NCBI GenBank assembly: GCA_964016885.1
Contig: OZ024742.1
Location: 313,596,001 to 313,660,000, forward strand
DNA length: 64,000 bases
DNA from: Eledone cirrhosa
Lineage: Eukaryota
Direction of reading: 5' to 3'
In this document: positions 1 through 13,361 of the stretch, piece after piece
Layout of the letters: every line of letters begins with the position of its first letter
Numbering within the stretch: the stretch's first letter is position 1
Notes under the pieces: generated by a model
Told to the model about the DNA's origin: nothing
Databases searched by the model: none
The model's input: the letters and a program-made list of their open reading frames with translations, nothing else
Translations under genes and position numbers: made by a program

Positions 1-2119
1 AATACAGAGTAATATAAATGCTAAAGGGTTAAAATACATAAAAAGTCTCCTATGAGATGTAACCTCATAAATCTGCTTAAGTGTGAGCAGTAAATGTCAT
101 GACATGTATGAGCACTGAGTAGATGGAATGTTTCAATAGTTAAGGGTTTTAACTTCAGAAAAACCTTATTTTGATTGGTTAGCTGGTCCATTCAAGCCAT
201 CTTTGTGGAGAAGAGGGAGTCATTCTTCTAAACTGCTCTAAATGCATATACCACTTTTTTTTGTAGTAATGAGGTTATAAACAAAATAGCATTTTAATTA
301 CAGATATATATTTCAAACATATTGGTTCTTTTCAGTATAGTGCAAAACACTTGGATTTTTTTGCTTGTTTTTTTTTTGAAAGTAAAGATATAGTTTTGTA
401 ATTTAAAGATAGATAGATAGATAGAGAGAAAATAAGTTAAATTAATTTATGAAGAGGGAGAGTTAGAGCAAGTGGCAAATAGTAATCATTTTGCTTACCA
501 GTGTGTGTTTTTGTAGAAAAATAGATAGATAAAGAGAAAGAGAGAGGGTGGGGATCAAAACGTTGAATTTACAAAGATAAAGTTGCAGAGAGGAGAGAGA
601 AGCAGAGCCTTGAAATTTCCAAAGATGAAGTCACAGTTTTGAGTTCAAGAGGTGAACAGTAATCAGTCTTTATGCACTCTCTGTACATACCAGCCATTCC
701 TATGTTTTACAGTAATGTTTCAAGACTCTTTAATTACTTTATATGGTATTATATATACATTTATGCAATTTAACCCTTTCAATATCAAGCCCCCCCACCC
801 CGGTTGTACAATACTAAGCTGTTTGTTTTAAAGTGTCTATATTTATCTAAAAACCTTCCACCATAATTTTATGTAAGAATCTTTGTTAAGTGCCAAACAC
901 CAGCTGAATAATGAGAAGGTTAGTTATACCATTAGGTGCAAATTTCATTTTTTACTAGCATTAATCCTTTCATTACCATATTTCTCATGAAAACACTGTT
1001 AAATTTATTACTAAATCTATCCAATTTTTTTTTCATTTGAAAACTATAGCCTGTTTTTTTTTTCTTGAGAATTATGGTAATAAAAGAGTTGATAAGAACT
1101 TTGACTTTTGATGAATTTAACTCTTCTAATCTATCTTATATACTAAAATATAACCCAACCCTCTATTTAATGTCTTGAGAAATAGGCAAAAATCTAAACC
1201 CCTATTTATAAGCAGAGGCAGGTAATCAACACACAATATTTAGATGGTGTGGTTTTGAAATTCTTAGTGGAGAATATATTTATGAAGTTTTAATATTTTG
1301 TTATTTAAAATGTTTTAAGCATTGTTTAGAGTATAGTTTTTTTGCTTCACAACTCGATTACGTAATGATTTTTTTTTACTAATTCCTGACCGTTTTGAAG
1401 GCTGTATTCATTAAAAACACATCAAAAATGAATTTCACCTCCAAAGCGAAAATATATTAGCACCTCATTTACATAAAATTTTGAATTGGTAAAAATTGGC
1501 GAACTATTGACCTCAAATTTAACCTGACCCTTCATTTTACTATCAATTTTTTTGTCACATATATTTTGGCTTATATAGAAGTATATATGTTATATTCTGG
1601 TTGAAATCAATTTCTTAGATGAGTTTGTTTTATTTCACGTGACTGAAAGATAGTATCAGCAATGAAAGGACCAATGGAAACAGAAATTACTAATTCACTA
1701 TGTTGTAGCAAAGAGAAGTACCTTCATTGTTTCAATTCTTAAAATCTGGTTTTCCTTCTTAAAGTCCTGTCAGAATACATTGATAAATTCAACATTCTGT
1801 TGAAATTATAACTCACTTCATTTTGTGCTTTGATAAAATATTTTTGAAATCTATTAATATTTATATAATATCCATACAAATAGCTAACCCTTTTAATGCT
1901 AAACCACCTGAAACTGTCTCTGGTTCTTCCATACAAAAGTGTTTAGATTTATCCAAACTCCATCCTGACTGCTGGGACCATGAGGTGGACTGACTCTTAA
2001 GTTTTATTTATGGTGGTGGCATGTGAATTAAATTTACTTAAGCTTTTACACTTAATTTCAAACTGAATCATTTCCTTCATATAATTACATAAAGACAGTG
2101 TTCAGTCATTATTTAAGAT

Positions 2120-2312
2120 AGGCGGTGGATTGACAGTATCGGTAGAGGGTCGGGCGTCATGCTTTGACGCATAGAGTTATGGTCCTTGCCATTCTGAGTT
2201 CAAATCCTGCCACGGTTAACTTTGCCTTTCATCCTTACGGGGGTCAATAAAATAAAGTACCAGTAATTCACTGGGTAATTGCTGGCCTTGTGCCAAAAGT
2301 AGAAACAATTAT
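2120..2312 (+). mobile_element. tRNA-derived SINE, family A (Nin/Deu-like core)
   Basis: A-box-like TGACAGTATCGGT, B-box-like GAGTTCAAATCC, core GCCTTTCATCCTTACGGGGTCGATAAAATAAAGTACCAG, tail GGCCTTGTGCCAAAAGTAGAAACAATTATT. Other copies at ~3265-3425(-), 3426-3635, 3925-4110(-), 23520-23680(-), 25850-26075, 27995-28150, 44262-44410 and 49430-49612. Confidence 0.8.
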
Positions 2313-2354
2313 TTAACATAGGTTCTTACATAAAATTATATTCCAAACACCAGT

Positions 2355-2569
2355 TTAACCTTTTAGCATTTAAACCAGCCTTATCCAGCCAGAATTCTCT
2401 CACCTCTTTTTTGTTCAAACCAGCTGTAGCTGACTGCTCATACTTATGTTAAGGTATTGTTCTCAAAATAAGTAATATCAAAATCTCATAGATTCGATAT
2501 TATATGAGATAATTATGTGAGCCTTTATCACAAAAATATAGTAGTATATAGAGTAATCTAAAGGGTTAA
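2355..2569 (-). mobile_element. piggyBac-like MITE (~215 bp)
   Basis: TTAA-CC(C)TTTAGCATTTA...AAAGGG-TTAA termini; the family recurs ten times in the window, including a partial copy at 1-32. Confidence 0.8.
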
Positions 2570-5500
2570 TGATGAAAAAGTTAGTTATATTACTAAATAT
2601 CTCCAAATTCTTGATTATTTTCAAAATTATTTCAAAAGCTATATGAAAGCCTCTTATATGATGATGATGATATCAGTGTCTTTCATGAGAAATATGGTAA
2701 TGAAAGGGTTAATGCTAGTAAAAAAAATGAAATTTGCACCTAATGGTATTTTTCTGCATCATCTATTGGAATGTTGTAATTGAATTCTGTTATCAATATT
2801 GCTAGATAGTGGAAGATAACATTCTGATTGTCATTAAAATTATTGCTGTAAACTTCCTTTAATAGATTGAATACTGGAAAATTTGCAGTTTTTCTTTACT
2901 TTGATTTCCTTTTTCACTACTTTGGCTTTTCTTTAATCATATTCTCTCTAGCAAACCAATAATTGTTTAATCGGAATGTTATAGAACAATATTTAACCAT
3001 CTTGATAGCAAATTGCCCGAAACTATCCTGATTCTATGATACAAAACTGTTTGAACCATTATACTTGGACATTGTCATTCATTATTAGTCCTAATTCTGT
3101 GGGTGGTGGATTGACAGAATTAGTAGGATACGGATAAAGATCCCACAACTCCTTCTGTAGTCATAGAGGTACCATCATACGGTGTGTCTAGGGCACTTTT
3201 AAACCTAGCAGAGCCCAACCCTCTCTAGGTCTGAATAGAGTCAATTTTTTCTATAGAGGAAGAATCGACCCCAGTACTGGACTGGTACTTTTTTTTATCG
3301 ACCTCGAAAGGATGAAAGGCAAAGTTGACCATGGCAGGATTTGAACTCAGAGCATGCAATGAGGTGGGACAAATACCATAAAGCATTCTTTCTGGCATTT
3401 TAACAACTCTGCCAATTCACCGCCTCAGTAGAATCAGTAGAGCATTGGATAGAATACTCTTTGTGGCATTTGTTCTGACTCTTTACATTTTGAAATTAAA
3501 TCCCACCGAAGACAACTTTGCCTTTCATCCTTCCAGGGTTGATAAAATAAAGTACCAGTCAAATATTGGGGTCAATTTCATTAAATTATCTCTTCCTCCT
3601 CAAATTACTGGTGTTGTGTTTAAATTAGAAACTGTTAAGCCCAACTCCCATGATATAGTGTTTAAAGCAAAACTTTTCTCGATGCAAAAAACAGTGGAAA
3701 ATTTTATTGTAAAGATTAATTTCTCTTAATTTTATTGGGGAAATCAATCATTCTTTAAGGTTTTTGAAAATATCATCAATAGGACTATGAATTTTAATCC
3801 AATTAATTCAATATGATTATTGGATTAATTGAATCCTTTAATGATGAAAACTTCTTAATTAAATTATCTCCATATAAAATGCACCCTATATATGGAGATA
3901 TATTATATATCTCCATATATATTGGTTTCTGATTTAGGCAAGTTTTGGGGGAGAGAGGTTGATTAAATCAACCCCAGTTCATTACTGGTACTTTATTTTA
4001 TCAACTCCCATAAGGATGAAAGGCAAAGCTAACTTCGGTAGGATTTGAAGACAGAATGTAAAGGCCCATATCTCTATGCCGCAAAGTATGTTGTTTGATA
4101 CTCTACCGATAATATCTTCATATATAATACAGCCTATAACCTGCTGAGTTTATAAAGTCCTTTACAATTGTATGGGACACTTCTTTTATTTCGCTTTCCC
4201 CCAAGAAACACTATGACACAATTGTATTGTTTTGTACAGAATATATAGTACTATTGTCTGAACAACCTATTTGTCGTTCTTATATTTTAAATAGAAACTT
4301 TTATTTTCCAGTGAAACTTAGGTATTTCATCTCTATGTCTTTAGTATCATCATCATCCTCATTTAACGTCCATTTTCCACGCTAGCCTAGGTAGGACGGG
4401 CTGGCCCTTTGGGAGAGAATCATGTCAGAGGACTGTGTTTTGTTCACCCGGGGCTGATTTTGGCTTGGTTTCTACAACTGGATGCCCTTCCTAATGCCAA
4501 TTGATGTTAGTTAATACTTCATAGCATATCATTCATGTGGGTTGACCATTCCATGCATAGGACTTTTGTTTTTTGCTGCTCTGTCAAGGAAGGATAGGTA
4601 GTACCTATGACCCTTTTCAGGGCCCTCAGATTAGAGACATGGGTTGCTTGCGAGAGTAGACTCTATTAAAGGTACTTTGGGGGGTAGGTGGTGGTGTTAA
4701 ACTGGGCAATGGATTTAAAATCTAAGCATTTGTCTCTAAATTCATGTTTTGACATTACAGGTATAAGAATATAAGATTTTTTTTCTTGAAAGTCCCGAAA
4801 ATAGCGTGAAGCCACTTAATATAAGAAACTGAAAAAGAGGAAATTAAAATGAAAGGAATGAATTTACTTTAGACTTGAAAGAGTTCAGATTATAAGAAAA
4901 AAAGCTATGACTGTAGAAAGACTCCCTTATTTATGGAACCACAACAACATCCAGATGAAGATGCTGTGAATTTCAAGTTAGGCGAGATGGCACAAAGTGA
5001 TCTGGAACTAAAAGAGAAAGTTCATAAGAGCACCTCCTGTGGTAATAATGATATAAAAAAACTAAGACTGGTGATGTCATGTCAAAGCAAGAGAGAGACC
5101 AATCAAATTAGAGACTCACTTCTGAATCAAGTTGAAGAGATCCAAGTTATATATATGTAATAAACAATTATATGTATAACTAGCAGAAATACTACCCTCC
5201 AGGCTGTTTCCTTCTAATGTAAGATGCCTAATAAAGCCAGGTATATATGTTAATCTGAAACCACATGCCATTGATCTCATTATGAAAAAAAAAAGTTTCA
5301 GTCAAAACTGATTTATGGTTACACAACAACCACATCAACCCTCTTGTTAGAGCCATTGCCTTAATATTTCTCACCCCCACGTACCTATAAAATAACTGAA
5401 TGGTTATAGCTTGAATTCCTTTGATTATAAATCTGTTTGATCAAAGATAACCTGGGGCTACCCAACAACAAGAACAACCCTCTTGTTATCAGTATATAAT

Positions 5501-5970
5501 AGCAGGTCCTGTTAACATACCACCCATGGGTATCTTGAACAGCTTTTTATTACACTATAATATATTGATACAATCTCTGAAATTCTGTAGCTTGATTAAT
5601 GTACTTAAATAACCCTGGCCAAACACTTGTTGCCCTTTGACCTTCAGTATCAATCACAGCAGCTACTGTTCTTTGATGTAGTTATGAAGTAGGAATTTCC
5701 TGTTTCTTCAGACTTTGCTTTGTCTGAGACGAAACAGTTATGTTATAGTTCTTTATATTTATCATGCTAATGATGATGTTTGATTATAATGATAATGGTG
5801 ATAATGAGTGCTTACATTAATAAAGATATAATAAATAATTATAATAATAATTATAATGATTTCCTATATTGGCACTAGACCATACATTTATACGGGAAGA
5901 GCACAGTTGACTGCTTCTTATTTAATTGAACCCCCATAAGAATGAAAGATGAAGTTGACCATGACAGGAT

Positions 5971-6171
5971 TTAACCCTTTAGCATTTACATTACTCTATA
6001 TATACTATTGTATTTTCATGATAAAGGCTTTATCTCACATAATATCAAATATATAAGATTTTGATATTATTTATTTTGAGAACAATACTTTAACATCGGT
6101 ATGAGTGGCCAGTGGCCAATTTGAACAGAAAGAAGTGAGAGACTTCTGGCCAGATACGACCGGTTTAAATG
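5971..6171 (+). mobile_element. piggyBac-like MITE, right end truncated
   Basis: TTAACCCTTTTAGCATTTACATTACTC start; same internal sequence as the family. Confidence 0.75.
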
Positions 6172-8139
6172 AGGCAATATAATGAGATTATGAGGGGTCA
6201 GGTAGATTACTAACCTGAAGGTTAATAGTTCAAATCTTACATCATCCTATGTGAGTAAAGCATATGATTTGGCTTGTTAAAGTTTGGCTTATTTACAAAA
6301 ATAGGCCATGTTTTGTGGGTGAGGTGTTAGCTGCTTAAAAGGCCTGTTGTAGTAATAAGATAATTCTGTCCACAAAATCCTACATATCAAGAAAAGACCA
6401 TAGCAAACATTTAAAGCAGGGTTTAGCCTTGCTAGTCCCATGGTGGGTATCATGCTCATAATGGGCTTAGTCTTATTCCTGGCAGCAACCCTTTTAGTTG
6501 CCTCTTATGCTATGCAGAGATACGGCGTACCTACTTTAAATCAGATACAATATTATGCAATCCCACCCATATACACAAAATTGCATTGCCCAGTGGGTGG
6601 CTGACGAGGAAGATAGATGCGTTCGTTTGTTACTTTTTTTCCAAGTGCAAATTATATATGTGTGTCTGTATATATATATAGATGTGTGTATATATATATA
6701 TAGATGTGTATATATATATATATACCTACACTAACTCAAACTAGCATGGAAAAAATAGACGTTAAATGGTGATGAGATATATATATATATATATCGATAT
6801 CATCATTTAATGTCTGTTGATGATCGTGATGTTATATATATATATATATGTGTGTGTATATATATATCTAGATATATATGTGTTATTTTGTGTGCCAAAC
6901 TATAAATACAGTGTTGTTTTTAGTAACAGTAGTAGTAGTTAGTAATGATGATGATTATAATGGTAGTGGTTAAGTAAAAGAAATATTCGGTTTATCTTTA
7001 TCTATGTTGATACATGTGCATACTGATTTTTGGTTTCTCTCTACTGTGGTTGCTGTTGTTTATGTTGTTGTCATTCTCTTTTACTTTCTGTCTTCTTTTA
7101 CCCCTTCTATATTGATGCCACACATGTTTCTTGCCGAGCGCCAATCTATTTATCTATAAAACAGTCTTTGGTCTATGCCAGCTGCATCTGATATTTTTAA
7201 GAAAGTGCATATAAAATTTGCAGTTCGCAGACATTTTTTTTATGGAGTTTGAGTTGTTCTCTTTATTTTATGTGAGTGGTTGTTGTTAATGTGTTTGTTT
7301 TGTTGGGGTTTGTTCTTTTTAAATGCAGTATTTCAATATCTGTTATTGCATACAATGGTTAGACAGCTGCTCTGTGTGCATTTCAGAAAATCCTATTTCC
7401 TTTTGTGAGGGCTTTTATCGTTAACAATAACAATGAAAAACGACAACTATTTTATGCAGCATTTAGTTTTGGTTTTGTTTGTTAAATAGATATACCTCTT
7501 GTTATGATGATCATGATGATGATAGCAGCTGGTGTTAATGTGCATGTTTGCTGAATTCCAGTGAGCCTACTTCGTTGTTGAGCTGTATGGTGATCTATAA
7601 AGAAATAGTTACAAAAAGCTTGGTTAAACAGCTATGTTGCTATCATTGCATATTACTAATTTTGTTATTTGCATACTCCTCCCCTACCTCTGCCATACCT
7701 TCACATGCCTCACCCACACAAACTGGTCATTCTTCTTTCTGTCATTGTTCTTTCTTCAGTTTTCCCTTTGGGTCATGTTGCCTTGATTGAATGGAGACAT
7801 TGTAGGATAATGAGTATCCTTTAGTTTTGTGAGTCCCCAAGCAAACTCATTTTGGTATTATCCTAACTGAGACACTGTAGGGTTGAAAAGGCCTCTTTAG
7901 TCATATTGCGGACATAACAACTGTCTTCGGCTGGTGCTATGATAAAAAGCACCCAGTCAATTAGGAAGGGTATCTAGCTATAGAAACCGGGCTCAAACTG
8001 AAACTTATGATTAAGATAAAGTTCTCCAACCTGTCCCAGTCAAAAACCATGGCTGCTCGTCAAAAATGAAACCTTAACAACCCGTCCAACGCATACACAC
8101 ATGAACAAGTGCATACACACATTCATGTTTTCCTCTGAT

Positions 8140-8365
8140 TTAACCCTTTAGCATTTACATTACTCTATATTTACTATTGTATTTTCACAGTAAAAGCTTT
8201 AGCTCACTTAATTATTTCACATAATATCAAATCTATGAGATTTTGATATTTATTTTGAGAACAGTACCCTAATATAAGCATGAGCAGCCGGTTATGGCCA
8301 GTTTGAACAGAAAGAGGTGAGAGAATTCTGGCTGGATATGGCAGGTTTAAATGCTAAAGGGTTAG
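8140..8365 (+). mobile_element. piggyBac-like MITE
   Basis: TTAACCCTTTAGCATTTA ... TAAATGCTAAAGGGTTAG terminal inverted repeats. Confidence 0.8.
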
Positions 8366-8599
8366 TACTTTTTCTTTCAATCTTACGGAAGATTGAAATC
8401 TTACTTCTGACTTGTATTTTATTGCTCTCGCTCTCTTTCCCTTCTTGCTCTGCTTGCCCTCTGTCTCTTCTCCTTGCTGTCTCTTCCACTCTCTTGCTTT
8501 CAACTACTCCCGGTATGTGAATGGTCAGAAGTAAACAAACATTTGAGAAACTTGTTGAAACTATAAAACAGATGTAATGGAATTGTGAAACAAAAACTA

Positions 8600-8792
8600 T
8601 ACTCTAAATGACACTTAAAATATTTTGATCATTTTTAAACATTTTAAAACTTCATAAATATATTTTATACTCATGAGAATTTCAAAACCATACCATATGC
8701 TGCCTCAGCATATACACAGGGTTTGAATTTTTGCCTATTTATCAGACATAAAATAGGAGTTGGGGTGGCTTATATTTGAGTATATACAGTAC
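8600..8792 (-). mobile_element. Tigger-like element end; inverted homologue at ~1135-1320
   Basis: Ends GGCTTATATTTGAGTATATACAGTA; reverse-complement similarity to 1135-1320. Confidence 0.5.
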
Positions 8793-9099
8793 ATAGATCA
8801 AATAGAAAAAAAACGCTTTTCTATAAGATCTCTTGGAAAGTTGTCTGTGAATCAATACTTCATGATACAACAAACAAGTTTTTAAAGGTCATTTTCCTTG
8901 CTAAAGCAGAAGTTAGCCTTGCAGGCCCCATGCTAGGTTTCATACTCATCATGGGGTCCTTTTTGAAGCAATGTTTTACAGCCAGGTACCCTTCTGGTGC
9001 CAACCCTGTTAGTCATCTAGTGTACCTATTTTGTATCAGATAGATACAGCAGATGGTATATATACAAGAATATTTACCACTGGGAGCATCCATAAAATA

Positions 9100-9397
9100 A
9101 CATAAATGCTAGGGGTAAGTTACAATAAGAAAGGGGTGGAAGACATTCAAAGAGCTGCTATCCATTGGCAACAAAGAGTTTCTTTGTGAGAAACAACAGG
9201 CTGTATGAATCATGTATAAGAAGCTTGAGGCTGCATCTAAACACAGAAGGAGTTGTATAAAGCACAGAAAGTGATAGAGTGGAGGACTGGCAGTGAACTG
9301 CAACAAGCATGCGAGAAACTGTATACTTGATATAGAAGAGATAGATGGAAGAAACAGCATGTAACTGCAGTATTTGTAAGTCAAAATGAGCACATAT
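9100..9397 (+). mobile_element. Decayed RTE LINE fragment
   Basis: Frameshifted IRKGWKTFKELLSI...RLYESCIRS resembles the RTE RT C-terminal region. Confidence 0.55.
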
Positions 9398-9571
9398 CAT
9401 TTCAAAGTGAGAATAGCATTTTCAAAGTGAGAATAGCATTTACAAAGTGAGAATAGCATTTTCGAAGCGAGAATAGCATTTTCGAAGCGAGAATAGCATT
9501 TTCAAAGCGAGAATAGCATTTTCAAAGTGAGAATTGCATTTTCAAAGTAAGAATAACATTTTCAAATCGAG
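9398..9571 (+). repeat. 20-bp tandem repeat (~8.5 units)
   Basis: Unit cattttcaaagtgagaatag. Confidence 0.9.
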
Positions 9572-10490
9572 TGTAAACAAACTTAAGCTTACTTAATTTA
9601 ATTAGCCAAGAATTATCAATCTTCTCACTGGGAAGGAAGATGTAGCAAGGAAAAGATATCAGTTGGAGAATACTATGCTATGATATTATAAAATCCATTC
9701 ATTTATGACCATGGAAAGTAGAAGTAAAACTAATTCAAAATGTTATTTCTCTTATATAGCTAATTTTTTATGGAAATATGTATTGATAAAATCTAATGAA
9801 GTGTTTGGTTTTTAAAAACATTGCAGCATTCTTTGAGGTGCAATATGGCACCTAATGATTTATTAGTTAAACTGTTCTTTGTAATGCTTAGACAAGCAGC
9901 ATGAGGTGGATGTGGCATAAAGAACATCAGTGTTCAATGCTGCTCTCAATCAACTCCTAGATTATGATCATGGATCAAACTATAAAGACCTTACTCAATC
10001 TATAGGCATTATTTTGAAGGTTGCAAGTAGAATAATTTTAATCTATATATAGACAGGAAAATGAGGCCTCACTCAAAGGTGGTCAATGCAATGTAAACAA
10101 AATCATCTATTTTAATGGGTTCCTGTTAAAATTTAAATCTTCCAACATTATTTTATATAAGAACAATATGTTGTTATTGTCTTAGTAATAACATAATCAA
10201 TACTTTTTGTAAATCCTTCAAAAGTCTTCATTAATCAATTGAAATAGAGTGAATTTCATTAGAAATATGGTCACAAAAAGGTTAAGTCATAATCTGGCTG
10301 AATTGATGTGTATCCTGGGACTGTGTTGTGATCTCTTCATTACTTTTAGTTTTTGTTAGTTCAGTCCTCTTCAGCTGTAAACAGACACCATGGATTGGTA
10401 CAGCTCACTACATTCATTTACAAGCATTTTTATATCTGTAAAGATGAAGTTAACCCTTTTCATAGCAAACTGTCTGAAACCACCCGTGGG

Positions 10491-10710
10491 TTAACCCTTT
10501 ATCATTTAAACTAGCCATATCTGGCCAGAATTCTCTCACCTCTTCAAACTGTTCAAACTGGCTATAACCAGCCACTCATACTGATGTTAAGGAATTGTTC
10601 TCAAAATAAATAATATCAAAATCTCATAGATTTGATATTATGTGAGATAAAGCCTTTACTGTGAAAATACAATAGTAAATATAGAGTAATGTAAATGCTA
10701 AAAGGGTTAA
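10491..10710 (-). mobile_element. piggyBac-like MITE
   Basis: TTAA-flanked TIRs; appears nested in an older TTAACCCT-type element starting near 10450. Confidence 0.8.
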
Positions 10711-11456
10711 CAATGCAAAGCTGTCTATTTTACAGTGCTTTTTTATATCTAGAAATCATCCATTATAATTTTATGTAAGAACTTAAATCTACTTATGTTC
10801 CATACACCAGATAAATAATGATTATTTTCAAAGTGGTTTGTAAATCATGGGCAGTGTCTTTCATTAAAATTATAATGATGGAAGGGTTACTAACACCCAA
10901 CCCCTAATTATACTTTCATCATGCATTAACTCTTTTGATATTAACCTACCCCAAACCACTGCTGATTCGAGGAAACAAAACAACCCTAGTTAAAAGGGTT
11001 TCTATTGAAATTAAAATCCTCCAACATAATTTGACTTAAAAACCTTTTGTAAAATGATACAAATACCATCTTAATAATAACATTATTTTAGTAAATCCCT
11101 CTAAATTTTTCATTAATTCATTCAAATAGTATCATCATCATTATTGTTTTTAAGTTGATTTTTTTCATCTTGGAATGGGTTGGCTAAGACGTTTTGAGGC
11201 AATGTTTTACAACTGAATGCCCTTCCTGACACTAACCCAGACATGGGCAACCTTTTTTAAGCAATAGGCTACATAGGATGTGGCTCATCATAAGGCAACC
11301 AAATGTTTCACATGTGGCTTGTGGGTCGCTGTTTGCCCATGACTGTCACTTCTTACAACACTAAGGATAAGGTGCACCTATTCTAAACCAGGATACACAT
11401 TCTAAATATGGTAATGAAAGAGTTAACAGTAACACACCTCAAAATATTTTAGACAT

Positions 11457-11633
11457 TTAACCCTTTAGCATTTAAACTGGACAGAATTCTCTCACCTCTT
11501 TCTATTGAAACCGGCCTTAACCAGCCATTCATACTTATGTTATCAAAATCTCATAGATTCAATATTATGTGAGGTAAAGTCTTTACCATGAAAATATAGT
11601 AAATATAGAGTAATGTAAATGCTAAAGGGATAA
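11457..11633 (-). mobile_element. piggyBac-like MITE (internally deleted) next to the RLIG1 acceptor
   Basis: TTAACCCTTTAGCATTTA ... TAAATGCTAAAGGGATAA. Confidence 0.8.
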
Positions 11634-11671
11634 TCACTGCTGTCTCGTTGTTTGCAGGTCATGGTGGTGTG

Positions 11672-11879
11672 ATGGAGAAACTGGGATCTGTACAAAGCAA
11701 ATTGGACTGTCTCTTTGAAATAGCTGTGATAAATGAACCAAGTAGCAAACGAGCTAACCAGTTGTATATGGTGTCAGCTACTGACGAGCTGCGGCCAGAT
11801 GCCAAGGAACACAATGTGGAAACTGCCCTTATGACAGAGAAAATTGATGGTACATGTGCTTATATTGCAGAGTTCAGAG
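11672..11879 (+). CDS. RLIG1: RNA 5'-phosphate/3'-OH ligase 1 (C12orf29) orthologue, first coding exon
   Basis: Encodes MEKLGSVQSKLDCLFEIAVINEPSSKRANQ...LMTEKIDGTCAYIAEFR, colinear with the remembered human C12orf29 N-terminus (MKRLGSVQRKMPCVF...PTEKVDGTCCYV). KxDG nucleotidyltransferase motif I has its lysine at residue 57 (codon 11840-11842). Acceptor tttgcAG ends at 11657; donor AG|GTACAT at 11880, phase 1. Confidence 0.95.
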
Positions 11880-12254
11880 GTACATTTATTTCCTTCTGTT
11901 TTATTTTCTCTTTTTATCTGTCTCTCTATCTATCATTTATCATCATCATCATCATTTAACGTCTATTTTCCATGCTAGCATGAGTTACATGGGTTTGTCC
12001 CATTAGAGGCAAGTTGAGTCGAGTGACCATGTCTTGCTCATATAGGACTGTTTCTGGCTAGATTTCTATTGTTGGATGCCTTTCCTAACGCCAACCACAT
12101 TTACAGTGTGTGATGGGTGCTTTTTGGATATGGACTGGGTGCTTTTGTGATATCTACATAACTTTATAGAGTAAGGGTGGTGTGGGCAGAAGTGGGAGAG
12201 TGGTGTAAGGGTGTGGGGGATGTATAGTGGATTAAGAGGTGCCTACTGAATGTA

Positions 12255-12450
12255 TGTTTGAGTCGTGTTGTGTGCAAGTGAAGGTGGGTCTTCTGTATTA
12301 CTGCATAGTGCCAAAGTTTCGATTCTGTCTCATTGTCTTTGAGAGGTGCAAGTGTGCAAGGTCAGCTTTTATCACCTCATCCTAGGACTTTATGGGTCTT
12401 CCTACTCCATGGCTTCCATCAATTTTGATTGCCCTGCACCTCTTTTTTAA
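12255..12450 (-). mobile_element. RTE LINE 3' end fragment
   Basis: Minus strand reads IKIDGSHGVGRPIKS*DEVIKADL, matching the GRPxKTWxxxIxxDL motif. Confidence 0.65.
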
Positions 12451-13361
12451 ATACCGCTGTCGTCCTATCTATCTGATACTATATCTCCATAGAAAAATCT
12501 CTTTTTAAACTCTATGATAGAACAAATAAATCTATAACCAGTTGTTGATGTCAAGTTTGCACTATTTCTCATGGGAAAAGCATGAACATCACAACGTTCC
12601 ATTACGATTTTGTGTAACTTTCTTTTAATAGCTACTGCAGTTGTGAGCCTTGCGAGCTGGAATGGCTCTTCCAGTGTGTCACCCTTACTGTCTGCCGGGA
12701 TTGCGGGGCTGCAAGCGTGTGGGCCCCATTTGCTGATAATAGTGAGAGATGGGGAGAGCGGGAGAGACGGAGGAAATGACCGTGGGAGTTTGGTTCCATT
12801 GTGTTCTAACCTGGTGTATATGTATATGTCCCATGGATACACACTCACACTGAGGCAATTTAGTTACATATAGTATTAGAGATAACATATCCCAATTGAA
12901 TAGCTGAACTGTAACTAAAAGCTATAACTAAATACCACAATGTGTTTTGTTAAACATTCTAATAATTCTGCCATTTCACTGACCTGTTCTTAGCAGGATC
13001 TGAACACAACTAAATACTGCAAAACATCTTGTTTGCCACTCTTACTAATCCACTGACACCAGAACATATTAAAAGTTATACCAAACAAATCCACCATTGT
13101 ACTGTTATTCACATGTAATATCAGAGAATGTTAACTTGTATGAATACACTGAACTAAACAATCTTATCTTCCTTGACATTAAAAACATTAAAATATGTAA
13201 TATCATATTCAGTAAATCAATGTCAATTCATACAGCATATATGGCTTAAATGAAATTATGAATAATCCTTTCAACACTAACCTGCTTGAAATTGAATCTT
13301 TTAAACCGTTAAATTTTAAAATAATGTTGTCTCTGATCGAGACAAAACAAGAGTGTATTTG

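Noticed and set aside
6595-6640. Hammerhead candidate CTGACGAGG
   Set aside because: No downstream GAAA or stem III/NUH arrangement.
11880-11959. Hydrophobic C-terminal extension of the 11648-11959 ORF
   Set aside because: Intron read-through into a pyrimidine tract and (CAT)n; homology resumes in phase at 41646.
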